DNA of 64,000 nt, taken from Candidatus Aminicenantes bacterium (GTDB lineage Bacteria; Acidobacteriota; Aminicenantia; Aminicenantales; UBA4085). Below the pieces are notes generated by a model. That model ran no database searches, was not told where the DNA came from, and worked only from the letters and a program-made list of their open reading frames with translations. Location: contig PLMN01000015.1 in assembly GCA_003141555.1 (NCBI GenBank), forward strand, positions 9,411 to 73,410. Reading direction: 5' to 3'. Below, piece after piece: positions 10,752 to 19,567 of this stretch; within the stretch, counting starts at the first letter, position 1; each line of letters starts with the position of its first letter. The translations under genes were made by a program, and so were the position numbers.

Positions 10752-11579
10752 ATGACCCTGACCTACGGATGCCCCGAATCCGATCTCGTCCATTACACCT
10801 GTCACCGCACCGACCGCGTTCCGAATCTCGACGGGCGGCTGACCGGCCCGGCCTGGGAGGCCTCGCCCCGGTCGCCGCGCTTCGTGGACCTTGTCACCGG
10901 GACGCCGGGCTTCCTCGAGACGCGGATGGCCGCGCTTTGGGACGACGCCTGTCTTTATATCGGCTATTGGGTCGAGGAGCCCGACGTCGAAGCCCGCCTG
11001 ACCGAGCGTGACTCGTTCATCTGGACCGAGAACGACGTCGAGCTATTCATCGCCGGGCCCGATGCTTATTACGAGTTCCAGATCAATGCCCTCGGCACGG
11101 TCTACGAAGTGTTTTATATCTGGCAGGACTCCCACCGGAAGGGCGGGTTCTTCGACCGGCCCGAGTTCGACCTGCATGCGCGGAAGGTCGACGTCCTCGG
11201 CGGCTTCCAGGATGCGAGCCGCCACGGCCGCCACCCCCGAGGCAAGCGTTGGGCGTTCATGGACTGGGATTGCCCCGGCCTCCGAACCGCCGTCCATGTC
11301 GACGGGACGCTGAACGACGGCCGCGACATAGACCGGGGTTGGACGGTCGAAATCGCCATCCCGTGGACGAGCCTCGAACCCCTCGCCCAGGGCCGGGCAC
11401 TCCCCCCCCGGGAGGGCGACGTCTGGCGGATGGACTTTTCGCGGTTCGAGGCGCTGCGGTCGTGCGGGTTCCGCGTCCAGCCCGATCCCGGCTGGGCCCT
11501 CAACCGGCACGGCGTCTATGATTCCCATATCCCGGAATGCTTTTCTTTCGTCCATTTCACGGAACAGGGTCCGGGATAA
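10752..11579 (+). CDS. Carbohydrate-binding family 9-like (DOMON-like) protein
   Basis: LDGRL...W, LWDDACLYIG, NDVELFI, YEFQIN, WTVEIAIPW, GDVWRMDFSR pattern. Confidence 0.7.
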   Translation: MTLTYGCPESDLVHYTCHRTDRVPNLDGRLTGPAWEASPRSPRFVDLVTGTPGFLETRMAALWDDACLYIGYWVEEPDVEARLTERDSFIWTENDVELFIAGPDAYYEFQINALGTVYEVFYIWQDSHRKGGFFDRPEFDLHARKVDVLGGFQDASRHGRHPRGKRWAFMDWDCPGLRTAVHVDGTLNDGRDIDRGWTVEIAIPWTSLEPLAQGRALPPREGDVWRMDFSRFEALRSCGFRVQPDPGWALNRHGVYDSHIPECFSFVHFTEQGPG

Positions 11580-11683
11580 GCCGGCCCGAGGGCTTTCCCC
11601 AACCCGGCGCTCAGTCGGCGCTTCCTTTTCGTTTCGGAAGTGTGGTAATTTAAGCGTTGGTCTTCGGATCGCGATCTAGATTC

Positions 11684-13024
11684 ATGCCATTTCAAAAATT
11701 GAGGACTTCGGTCTTGGCCCTGGCCGTGATGGCGGGCCTGTTCGGGCCGGCGTCCGTATTCGCCCAGAAAGGCGGGGCTTTTCCCCTGACCCACTATCGA
11801 CTCAAGAACGGCCTCAACGTCGTCCTCTCCGAGGATTTCTCACTGCCCGTCGTCTCCGTGGCGGTCGCCTACGGCGCCGGCTCGATCCTCGAGCCGCAGG
11901 GCAAGACCGGGATGTCGTCCATGATGGAGAACCTCATGTTCTCCGGCTCGGCGAACGTGCCGCCCCGCCAGCATTTCAACTACATCAACAGGGTCGGGGG
12001 GACGTTTAACGCCCTTGTCTCCGAGGACCGGACCGTGTTCTACGAGACCGTCCCCTCGAACAGGCTGTCGCTCCTCCTCTGGCTCGAATCCGATCGGATG
12101 AGGTCGCTCGAGATCGGGGCCAAGGCCTTCGAGGACGCCCGGAGCGCGCTCCTCGGGGATCTCCAGGACCGGCGGGCGAACGATCCCTACTTCGAGAGCA
12201 GCAGGAAGTTCGATGAGCTCCTCTACGGCGATTTCGCCCACAGCCATTCCCTCCTCGGCACGGAAGCCGACGTCCGGAGCCTGACGATCGAGGATCTGCG
12301 GTCCTTTTATGCCGCCAACTACGGGCCCAACAACGCCGTCCTGTGCATTACGGGCAGCTTCGACAAGCTCCGGACGCGCGAGCTGGTGAGCCAGTATTTC
12401 GAAAGCCTCCCCCGCGGCCGGGATCCCTCCCCCCCGGCCGGACCTCTCGCCCTGGCAAGGAAACGGGTCCTCCAGTCGTTCGTGGAGCCGGCCGCCACGT
12501 CCCCGGCCTTCTATCTCGGCTACCGCCTCGTGGCGCCGCGCTCCTCGGATTTCTACACGCTGACCATCCTGGATTACATCCTGTTCCGCGGCCGGAGCTC
12601 GAAGGCGGCCCGCCGCCTGCTCAACCCGGACGCCAAAATCGCCTATCGGCTCTCTGGCGGGATCGAGCGGCGGAGAGACCGGTCGGTCTACAAAATCTTC
12701 GTCCTGGCCAACAACGAGGTCATGATCGAGTACTGCCAAACGGCCCTGTTTTCGGAGTTCGACCGGCTGAAATCGTCCCCGCTCAGGGAGGACGAGCTCA
12801 ACCGTTACAAGGCGATGTTCAAGCAGGATTACCTTTCCCGACTGTCCACGACGGTGGACCGGGCGCTCTACCTCGGCGATTACTTCCTGACCCTCGGCGG
12901 GTTTCAGGAGTTCGGGCTGGATCTCGAGAAATACATGAGCGTCACCGCCGAGGACGTGGTCGGCATCGTCGCCCGCTACCTCACCCCGGACAACAGCATC
13001 ATCCTCGACGTCAGGACGAAATGA
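11684..13024 (+). CDS. M16 (pitrilysin/insulinase) family protein, subunit 1, with degenerate active site
   Basis: LKNGLNVVL, GGTFNA, ESDRM, YGPNNAVL motifs; SMMEN at the HxxEH position; TTG 11657 is an alternative start. Confidence 0.85.
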   Translation: MPFQKLRTSVLALAVMAGLFGPASVFAQKGGAFPLTHYRLKNGLNVVLSEDFSLPVVSVAVAYGAGSILEPQGKTGMSSMMENLMFSGSANVPPRQHFNYINRVGGTFNALVSEDRTVFYETVPSNRLSLLLWLESDRMRSLEIGAKAFEDARSALLGDLQDRRANDPYFESSRKFDELLYGDFAHSHSLLGTEADVRSLTIEDLRSFYAANYGPNNAVLCITGSFDKLRTRELVSQYFESLPRGRDPSPPAGPLALARKRVLQSFVEPAATSPAFYLGYRLVAPRSSDFYTLTILDYILFRGRSSKAARRLLNPDAKIAYRLSGGIERRRDRSVYKIFVLANNEVMIEYCQTALFSEFDRLKSSPLREDELNRYKAMFKQDYLSRLSTTVDRALYLGDYFLTLGGFQEFGLDLEKYMSVTAEDVVGIVARYLTPDNSIILDVRTK

Positions 13025-14544
13025 GAACGCGCGCCTTCTCTCTCGGACTCGGGCTGGCCGCCGTCCTGGCCGCGATCCCCCTGGCCGGCCAGCAGGAGCG
13101 CTTCCGAAAGACACCTCCGGCGCCAGAGTCTCTCCAGCTGGAGCTGGGCCTTCCTCCCCTCTCGCCGCCGGCCGTCCTGTCGAACGGCTTAAAGGTTTCC
13201 GTCGCTTACCGGGAGGGGACCGGGTTCATGGGCATCGAGCTGCTCATCTATGCCGGCGAAAGCGCATCGCCCGCCGGCGCGCCCGGCCTGGCGACCTTCG
13301 TCGCCAGCCTCCTCAGCCAGGGGACGCAGGTCCGGTCGGCCGCGGAGCTCGAAGAGGTGGTGGAGTCGCTCGGCGGCACATTTTTCGTGAACGTGAACCA
13401 GGACTACATCCGCGTCAGCCTCCACGTCCTCGAGGAGAATCTGGACAAAGCCCTCGATTTCCTCGCCCAGATCCTGCTCCAACCGCAATTCCTCGACCGG
13501 AACATTGCCGACATCCGGCGCATGATCAGCTACGACCTCCAGGACAAGGAACAGAGCCCGGAATTCGCAGCCAAGCGCCAGCTCTACCGCCTCCTGCTCA
13601 AGGGCCACCCCTACGAGCGCCTGGCCTTTTCCCGCGATTTTCTCCGACCCTGGACCGTCCGCGAGGTCCAGGATTTCTTCGACAGGTTCTATCGGCCCAA
13701 CAACGCCCACCTGATCCTGACGGGCAACGTGAATTTGAGCCAGGCGACGCGAAAGATCTCGCACGTCCTGAACACCTGGGCGCCAGGGGACATCGCCTTG
13801 CCTCCCATCCAGCCGGTCCGGCCTCCCGAGAAGGAGCGGATCTGCCTCGTTGACCTGCCCCAAAGCCGGGAGGCGTGCTATGTCTTTTCCGGCACGGCTT
13901 TTCCCCGGCCTTCGACCCCGGATCGCGCCGCCCTGATGGTCTTGAACCAGGTGCTCGGCGGATCGCTCGGCTCACGGCTCCTGATGAACCTTCGGGAGTC
14001 CAAGGAATACGCGAATTACGCCTTCAGCGAGCTCGAAATCTACCGCGAAGGAGGGCTGCTATTCGTCCGAGCGCGCGTTCTCCCGGAAAAGGTCGTCCCG
14101 GCCCTCCTCGAAATCCAGAAGGAGATCCGATCGCTCGCCGGGGCGAATCCCGCCCTGGCGGGCGAAATCGAGCCGGCCAAGACCTATCTCCTCGGGAACT
14201 TCCCGATCGGGCTCGAGCGGTTCGAGCAGTTCACCGCCAGGATGGCGGATATCATCGGCTTGGGCGCCGGCGAGGAGCTCTGGAACGGATATTATGCCCA
14301 GGTCATGCTCGTCGACCCGGATCGCGTCCTCAAGGCCGCCCAGGCGTTTCTCCAGCGGCCGTTCGTGACCGTGATCGCCGGCGATCGGGCGAGCCTCGCC
14401 GACCGGCTGTCCGTCCTCGACGCCTATGACATTTTCGACGCCAAGGGCCAATTCATCGCCACATACGCCAAGGACAAGAAAGGAGCTCTCCATGAAGCTG
14501 GTGGAATGCGTCCCGAATTTCAGCGAGGGCCGGGACAGAAATAA
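13021..14544 (+). CDS. M16 family protein, subunit 2 (non-catalytic type)
   Basis: Signal peptide; LSNGLKV, FYRPNNAHLILTG, NQVLGG...SRLLMNLRE; ATGA overlap with subunit 1. Confidence 0.85.
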   Translation: MRTRAFSLGLGLAAVLAAIPLAGQQERFRKTPPAPESLQLELGLPPLSPPAVLSNGLKVSVAYREGTGFMGIELLIYAGESASPAGAPGLATFVASLLSQGTQVRSAAELEEVVESLGGTFFVNVNQDYIRVSLHVLEENLDKALDFLAQILLQPQFLDRNIADIRRMISYDLQDKEQSPEFAAKRQLYRLLLKGHPYERLAFSRDFLRPWTVREVQDFFDRFYRPNNAHLILTGNVNLSQATRKISHVLNTWAPGDIALPPIQPVRPPEKERICLVDLPQSREACYVFSGTAFPRPSTPDRAALMVLNQVLGGSLGSRLLMNLRESKEYANYAFSELEIYREGGLLFVRARVLPEKVVPALLEIQKEIRSLAGANPALAGEIEPAKTYLLGNFPIGLERFEQFTARMADIIGLGAGEELWNGYYAQVMLVDPDRVLKAAQAFLQRPFVTVIAGDRASLADRLSVLDAYDIFDAKGQFIATYAKDKKGALHEAGGMRPEFQRGPGQK

Positions 14545-16168
14545 AATCCAGGCGATTGCCCGGGAGATCGAAACCACGCCCGGGGTCAAGCTCCTGGACG
14601 TCGACCCCGGGGAATCTACGAACCGGACGGTCGTGACCATGATCGGCGCCCCGGCCGATGTCGCGGAAGCGGCCTTCAAGGCCATCCGCAAGGCCGCTGA
14701 GGTCATCGACATGCGAACTCAGAAAGGCGCCCACAGCCGCATCGGGGCGACGGACGTCTGTCCCTTCGTGCCCGTCTCCGGGGTCAGCATGGAAGACTGC
14801 GTCGAGCTCGCCCGATTTCTCGGCCGCCGCGTCGCGACCGAGCTCGGCATCCCCGTCTACTTTTATGAGGAAGCCGCCACGCGCGAGGAGCGGCGCAACC
14901 TGGCTTCCATCCGGGCGGGCGAGTATGAAGGTCTCCCCGAGAAGCTCAAGGACCCGGCCTGGGCGCCGGACTGCGGCGAGGCCGTCTTCAATCCGGGCGC
15001 GGGCGCGACGGTGATCGGAGCGCGCGAATTCCTCATCGCCTACAACATCGACCTCAATACCCGCGACCGAAAGCTGGCCGGCGAGATCGCCCTCAACATC
15101 CGGGAGAGCGGGCGGGCGAAGCGCGATGCGGAGGGCAATATCGTCCGCGACGCCTCGGGAGCGCCGATCAAGCTCCCCGGCCGGTTCCCCCATGTCAAGG
15201 CCGTAGGCTGGTACATCGAGGATTACGGGATCGCCCAGATCTCGATCAATTTCACGAACTACAAAATCACCCCGGTCCATGTCGTCTTCGACGAGGTCCG
15301 GCGTCAGGCCGGGGCCCTGGGGCTGCGCGTCACCGGCAGCGAGTTGGTCGGCCTCATCCCCAAGGCCGCCCTGCTTGGATCGGGCCGCTACTACCTCGAA
15401 AAGCAGGGCAAGAGCCCCGGCGTCCCCGAGGCGGAGCTCATCCGGACGGCCGCGATATCGCTCGGACTGAGCGACGTCGTCCCTTTCGACCCCCAAAAGA
15501 AGATCATCGAATACCAGTTCGACGCGGATAAAGGCCCCCTGGCCTCGATGAGCCTGCGGGCGTTCGCCGACGAGCTGTCCATGGACTCCCCCGCTCCCGG
15601 CGGCGGGAGCGTGTCCGCCCTGTGCGGCGCGCTGTCGGCCTCGCTCTCGACCATGGTGGCCAACCTGACCGTCGGGAAGAAGGGATACGAGAAGGCTTAC
15701 GATGCGCTCAAGGACGTCGCCCTGAAGGGGCAAGCCCTGAAGGATGATCTCCTCCGGGCCGTTGATTTGGATACGGCGGCCTTCAACGGAGTTATGGAGG
15801 CCTCCCGCCTGCCCAAGGGCTCCCCGGAGCAGCAAGAAGAGCGGGATGCCGCGGTCGAGGCCGCCACCAAGGAAGCCACCCTGGTCCCCTACGGCGTTCT
15901 CGAAAAATGCGTCGACCTCCTTTCCTTGGCCGGGATTGCCGCCGAGTCGGGAAACCGCAATTCGCTGAGCGATGCGGGGGTGGCCGCCTTGGCCGCCCGG
16001 GCGGCCGCCGACGGCGCCTATTTCAACGTGCGGATCAATCTCCCCGGCCTCAAGAACGAGGCATTTAAGGCGCGGATCCGGGAGTCGGCGGATGCGCTCC
16101 GGGCCGAGGCCGCGCGGCGGGCGGCGGACATCCAGATTCTCGTTGAAAACGGGCTCGAAAAAGAATAA
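14492..16168 (+). CDS. ftcD: Glutamate formimidoyltransferase/formimidoyltetrahydrofolate cyclodeaminase
   Basis: LVECVPNFSEGR, HSRIGATDVCPF, PVYFYE, APGGGSVSA; SD AGGAG. Confidence 0.93.
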   Translation: MKLVECVPNFSEGRDRNKIQAIAREIETTPGVKLLDVDPGESTNRTVVTMIGAPADVAEAAFKAIRKAAEVIDMRTQKGAHSRIGATDVCPFVPVSGVSMEDCVELARFLGRRVATELGIPVYFYEEAATREERRNLASIRAGEYEGLPEKLKDPAWAPDCGEAVFNPGAGATVIGAREFLIAYNIDLNTRDRKLAGEIALNIRESGRAKRDAEGNIVRDASGAPIKLPGRFPHVKAVGWYIEDYGIAQISINFTNYKITPVHVVFDEVRRQAGALGLRVTGSELVGLIPKAALLGSGRYYLEKQGKSPGVPEAELIRTAAISLGLSDVVPFDPQKKIIEYQFDADKGPLASMSLRAFADELSMDSPAPGGGSVSALCGALSASLSTMVANLTVGKKGYEKAYDALKDVALKGQALKDDLLRAVDLDTAAFNGVMEASRLPKGSPEQQEERDAAVEAATKEATLVPYGVLEKCVDLLSLAGIAAESGNRNSLSDAGVAALAARAAADGAYFNVRINLPGLKNEAFKARIRESADALRAEAARRAADIQILVENGLEKE

Positions 16169-16179
16169 ATTTAAAAACT

Positions 16180-16917
16180 ATGAAGTGGCTGAGGATCCCG
16201 CTCGTCAGCCTCTCGCTCAAGAAAAGACTGTGGGCGATCATCATCCTGGTGACGGCCTATCTCGTCTACATCGCCCTGGGCGACTTGATCCCCAAGTATT
16301 GGAGCATCATAGGATTTCGGTCCTTCGAGCGCTCGGTCCTGACGCTCGGGTTCGTCATCATCCTCCTCATCGCCCTGAGCGGCCTCGCGGCCAGTGAGCG
16401 CCTGACCGCTCTGGCCATTAAGGACGGCCTGACGGGCCTCTTCAATTATTCCTATATCAAAGCCAGGCTTCAGGAGGAGATCTACCGGTCCGAGCGGTAT
16501 AAATCTCCCTTCAGCCTCATCATGATCGACCTCGATGACTTCAAATCGGTCAATGACCGGCACGGCCATGTCGGAGGCGATCATGTCCTCAAGGGATTCG
16601 CCGACCTGCTCCTCGAAACCATCCGGGCGTCGGATATTGCCGGCCGGTTGGGAGGCGAGGAGTTTCTTCTCGTCCTGCCCCAGACGTCGTGCCTGGACGC
16701 CGCCTCGGCCGCCGAGCGCCTTCGGAAGACCATCGAGGACTTTTCGTTCCGGATCGGGAACGGCTCGGAACGGACCTGCCAGTTCACGATCAGCCTGGGC
16801 GTCTTTTCGGCGCCGGTGGGCGGACAAAGCGTCGACGAGATCATCTCCCTGACCGACGAAGCGATGTACCGGGCCAAGAAGGAAGGCAAGAACAAGGTCG
16901 TGGTCGTCGTCCGCTGA
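16180..16917 (+). CDS. Membrane-anchored diguanylate cyclase (2 TM plus GGDEF)
   Basis: DGLTGLFN, DLDDFKSVND, RASD I-site five residues before GGEEF. Confidence 0.9.
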   Translation: MKWLRIPLVSLSLKKRLWAIIILVTAYLVYIALGDLIPKYWSIIGFRSFERSVLTLGFVIILLIALSGLAASERLTALAIKDGLTGLFNYSYIKARLQEEIYRSERYKSPFSLIMIDLDDFKSVNDRHGHVGGDHVLKGFADLLLETIRASDIAGRLGGEEFLLVLPQTSCLDAASAAERLRKTIEDFSFRIGNGSERTCQFTISLGVFSAPVGGQSVDEIISLTDEAMYRAKKEGKNKVVVVVR

Positions 16918-16929
16918 CGACCGTTCGGA

Positions 16930-17733
16930 TCAAGCGCGCGGCGTTCTGCGCGCGGCCAATACCCCGAACAGGATCAGGTTGACGAGGACGATCGTCCCGG
17001 ACGCGGGCAGATCCAGGGCGAACGCCGCGGCGAGGCCCGCGGCGACGGAGGCCGTTGCCACGCCGCAGGCCAGGAGGATCGCTTTCTTGAAGCTCGACGC
17101 CCGAAGGAGGCCGGCCGCGGCGGGAATGACGATCAGGGCCGACACGAGGAGGATGCCCACGACCTTCATCCCCAGCACGATCGTAACCGAGGTCAGGACC
17201 GTGATCAGGGCGTCGAGGCGGCGGACTCGGACGCCGGCGACCTGGGCCGATTCGCGGTCGAAGGTCATGAACATGAGCTTGCGGTAATTCACCGCGATGA
17301 CAGCCACGACGGCCGCGGCCAGGGCGACGGACAGGACGACCTCGACCGTGTCAATGGCCAGAATCTCCCCGAAAAGGTAGTTCAGAAGGGCGACCCCGGG
17401 GTTCCGCGAGAGCGTGGCCAGGATGAGGCCCAAAGCCAGGCCCGAGCTGCTGACGATGGCGATGGCCGTGTCGCCGTAGAGGCCGGCCCGCTCCTTGAGC
17501 TTCATGATGCCGAGCGAGGCGGCGATCGAGAAGACGAGGGCGACGGCCAAAGGCATCATCCGGAGGAAAAGGCCAAGGGCCACGCCGGCGAAAGTGATGT
17601 GGGCCAGGCCGTCGCCGATCATCGCGTCCTTACGGAGGATGAGGAAAACGCCCAGGACCGCGCAGGCCAGACTGATGAACAGCCCCGCCCCGAGGGCCCG
17701 TTGAAGGAACGAGTACGTGAGGAAGGCGCCCAT
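16930..17733 (-). CDS. znuB: Zn/Mn ABC transporter permease
   Basis: GDGLAHITFAG, YLFGEIL, KVVGILLVSALIVIPAA. Confidence 0.85.
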   Translation of the reverse strand: MGAFLTYSFLQRALGAGLFISLACAVLGVFLILRKDAMIGDGLAHITFAGVALGLFLRMMPLAVALVFSIAASLGIMKLKERAGLYGDTAIAIVSSSGLALGLILATLSRNPGVALLNYLFGEILAIDTVEVVLSVALAAAVVAVIAVNYRKLMFMTFDRESAQVAGVRVRRLDALITVLTSVTIVLGMKVVGILLVSALIVIPAAAGLLRASSFKKAILLACGVATASVAAGLAAAFALDLPASGTIVLVNLILFGVLAARRTPRA

Positions 17734-17739
17734 GGGGAT

Positions 17740-18504
17740 CTAGTGGACGTGGGAGACGAGATGATGCCCCCCGGCCAGCATCTCCTTCAGGGTGTCCGAA
17801 CGGCAGAATTCCGCGTGGCTCCCGTGGTAGACCAGGCGCTGGTTCAGGCAGGCGACCTGGGTGATGTGCCGGTCGACGATGCCGATGTCGTGAGTGATCA
17901 GGGCGATGGTGAGGCCTTCGCGCTTGTTCAATCGGTCGAGAAGCTCGTAGAAAAGATCCTGCGTCCCGGCGTCCACCCCCGTCGTCGGTTCGTCGAGAAA
18001 CAGGGCCCGGGGCTTGTCGACGATCGCCCGGGCGATGAAGACGCGCTGCTGCTGGCCGCCGGAGAGACGGCCGATCCTCCGGTCCATCGCCTCCGCCATG
18101 CCGACGACCTCAAGGGCCCGGCGGATGGCCGCCTCCTCCCCTTGCCGTCGGCTCAAGCCCCGTTTTGACGCCTGGAAGGCCATGGACACAACTTCGCGGA
18201 CGGAGGCCGGGAAAAGCGGATCGAAATGCGTCGCTTTTTGAGGGATATACCCGATTTTCGGCCGGACTCCGCCGGAAGCGATGTCCCTCCCCTGGAAAAG
18301 GATCCGGCCCGATTCCGGCTTCAGGAGGCCGAGGATGATCTTGAGCAGAGTCGTCTTTCCCGATCCGTTGGGCCCGATGATGGCCAGGAAATCGCCTTCT
18401 CGGATGGCCAGGCTGACGTCGGTCAGGACCGGCAAAGGCCCATAGCGGAACGACACGTGTTCGACCTCGAGCAGAGGCGGGCGGTCAGCGGCAGCCGAGT
18501 CCAT
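17740..18504 (-). CDS. znuC: Zn/Mn ABC transporter ATPase
   Basis: GPNGSGKT, LSGGQQQR, LDEPT, His-rich C-terminal tail. Confidence 0.88.
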   Translation of the reverse strand: MDSAAADRPPLLEVEHVSFRYGPLPVLTDVSLAIREGDFLAIIGPNGSGKTTLLKIILGLLKPESGRILFQGRDIASGGVRPKIGYIPQKATHFDPLFPASVREVVSMAFQASKRGLSRRQGEEAAIRRALEVVGMAEAMDRRIGRLSGGQQQRVFIARAIVDKPRALFLDEPTTGVDAGTQDLFYELLDRLNKREGLTIALITHDIGIVDRHITQVACLNQRLVYHGSHAEFCRSDTLKEMLAGGHHLVSHVH

Positions 18505-19414
18505 GCTTGAAGCTCTCCAGATTCCGGCGCATGAGATCGAGGAAGGTCAGGCCGGAGGCGAGCTCGTCCTTGGTCAGATTGTCGCCGGGGTTGAGAACCC
18601 GGACGTCCGCCCCGATCTCGCGGGCGATCAGCCGGGCCATCTTGTCGCTGACGTTCTCCTCGAAGAAAATCGTCCTGATCCGCTTCGCCTTCGCCCGGAC
18701 GATGATCTCGGTCATGGCCTTGGGCGTCGGGCCCGAGTCCGGGCTCAGGCCGTAGACCGCGACCTGCTCGAGCCCGTACCGGCGGGCCAGGTAGCCGAAG
18801 GCGGCGTGTCCGCCGAAGACAAATGTCTTCTCATCGCAGCTCCGGAACGCATCCGCGTATTCGGCGTCCAAACGCCGGAGCTCGTCCTTGTAGGCGTTCG
18901 CCCTGGCGGAAAAAAATGGAGCCCCGTCCGGGTCGATCTCGCCGAAGACCTTGGCTATATGGTCGAGGAGGCTAAGATCAAGGCCGAAATCCAGCCAGAC
19001 GTGCGGGTCCGCCCCATCCGCCTCCCTGATCGGAACGGCAGGGTCGAAGCCTCCCGGGGAAAGGACGCGCAAGGCTTCGATCGTCCGCAGGCCGGGCCGG
19101 CCCACGTTCTTCAGGATTTCCTCCGCCCACGGCTCGAGGACGGGGCCGACGAACAGGAACACATCGAGCCGGGCGATCTTTCTGATGTCACTCACCCGGG
19201 GCTGCCAGCTATGGATCTCGGCTCCCGGCGGAAGCAGAATGCCCACGTCGCCCCTGTCCCCCGCTACGGCCCGGGCAAATTCCATGAGGGGGAAAACCGT
19301 GGCCAGGACCTTGATTTTCGAGCGCCCCGGCCGTACCTCTCGCGCGTCGGCGAAGGCGATGGACGCCGCCGCCAGGCCGAGAATCAGAAAGATCGCCGTT
19401 CGTTTGGTCTTCAT
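18485..19414 (-). CDS. znuA: Zn/Mn ABC transporter substrate-binding protein
   Basis: C-terminal 309 aa of track ORF 18485-21013: signal peptide, PPGAEIHSWQP, DPHVWLD, HAAFGYLA, IFFEE. Confidence 0.87.
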   Translation of the reverse strand: MKTKRTAIFLILGLAAASIAFADAREVRPGRSKIKVLATVFPLMEFARAVAGDRGDVGILLPPGAEIHSWQPRVSDIRKIARLDVFLFVGPVLEPWAEEILKNVGRPGLRTIEALRVLSPGGFDPAVPIREADGADPHVWLDFGLDLSLLDHIAKVFGEIDPDGAPFFSARANAYKDELRRLDAEYADAFRSCDEKTFVFGGHAAFGYLARRYGLEQVAVYGLSPDSGPTPKAMTEIIVRAKAKRIRTIFFEENVSDKMARLIAREIGADVRVLNPGDNLTKDELASGLTFLDLMRRNLESFKHGLGCR

Positions 19415-19450
19415 GTTTGAGGGAGGCCGTGAGCCGCTCGAAGCAAGCGC

Positions 19451-19479
19451 ATTGTAAAGGATGCTCCCCTGAAAATCAA
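19451..19479 (-). promoter_or_regulatory. Sigma70-like promoter for znuACB
   Basis: TTGATT(19479-19474)-17-TACAAT(19456-19451). Confidence 0.55.
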
Positions 19480-19567
19480 ATGGCCTCCCGCCGAGCAGGC
19501 ACTTGATCGAGCGGAGGCTTTGTGGCATGATTCGGTCCTTCCATCGAACGCGGATTTGGAGGTTCCC

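Noticed and set aside
12343-14544. 733-aa ORF and the many other long overlapping or antisense ORFs (e.g. 2341-3744, 29634-31697, 49132-50970)
   Set aside because: Low-complexity R/P/G-rich translations in alternative frames of well-supported genes; no motifs.
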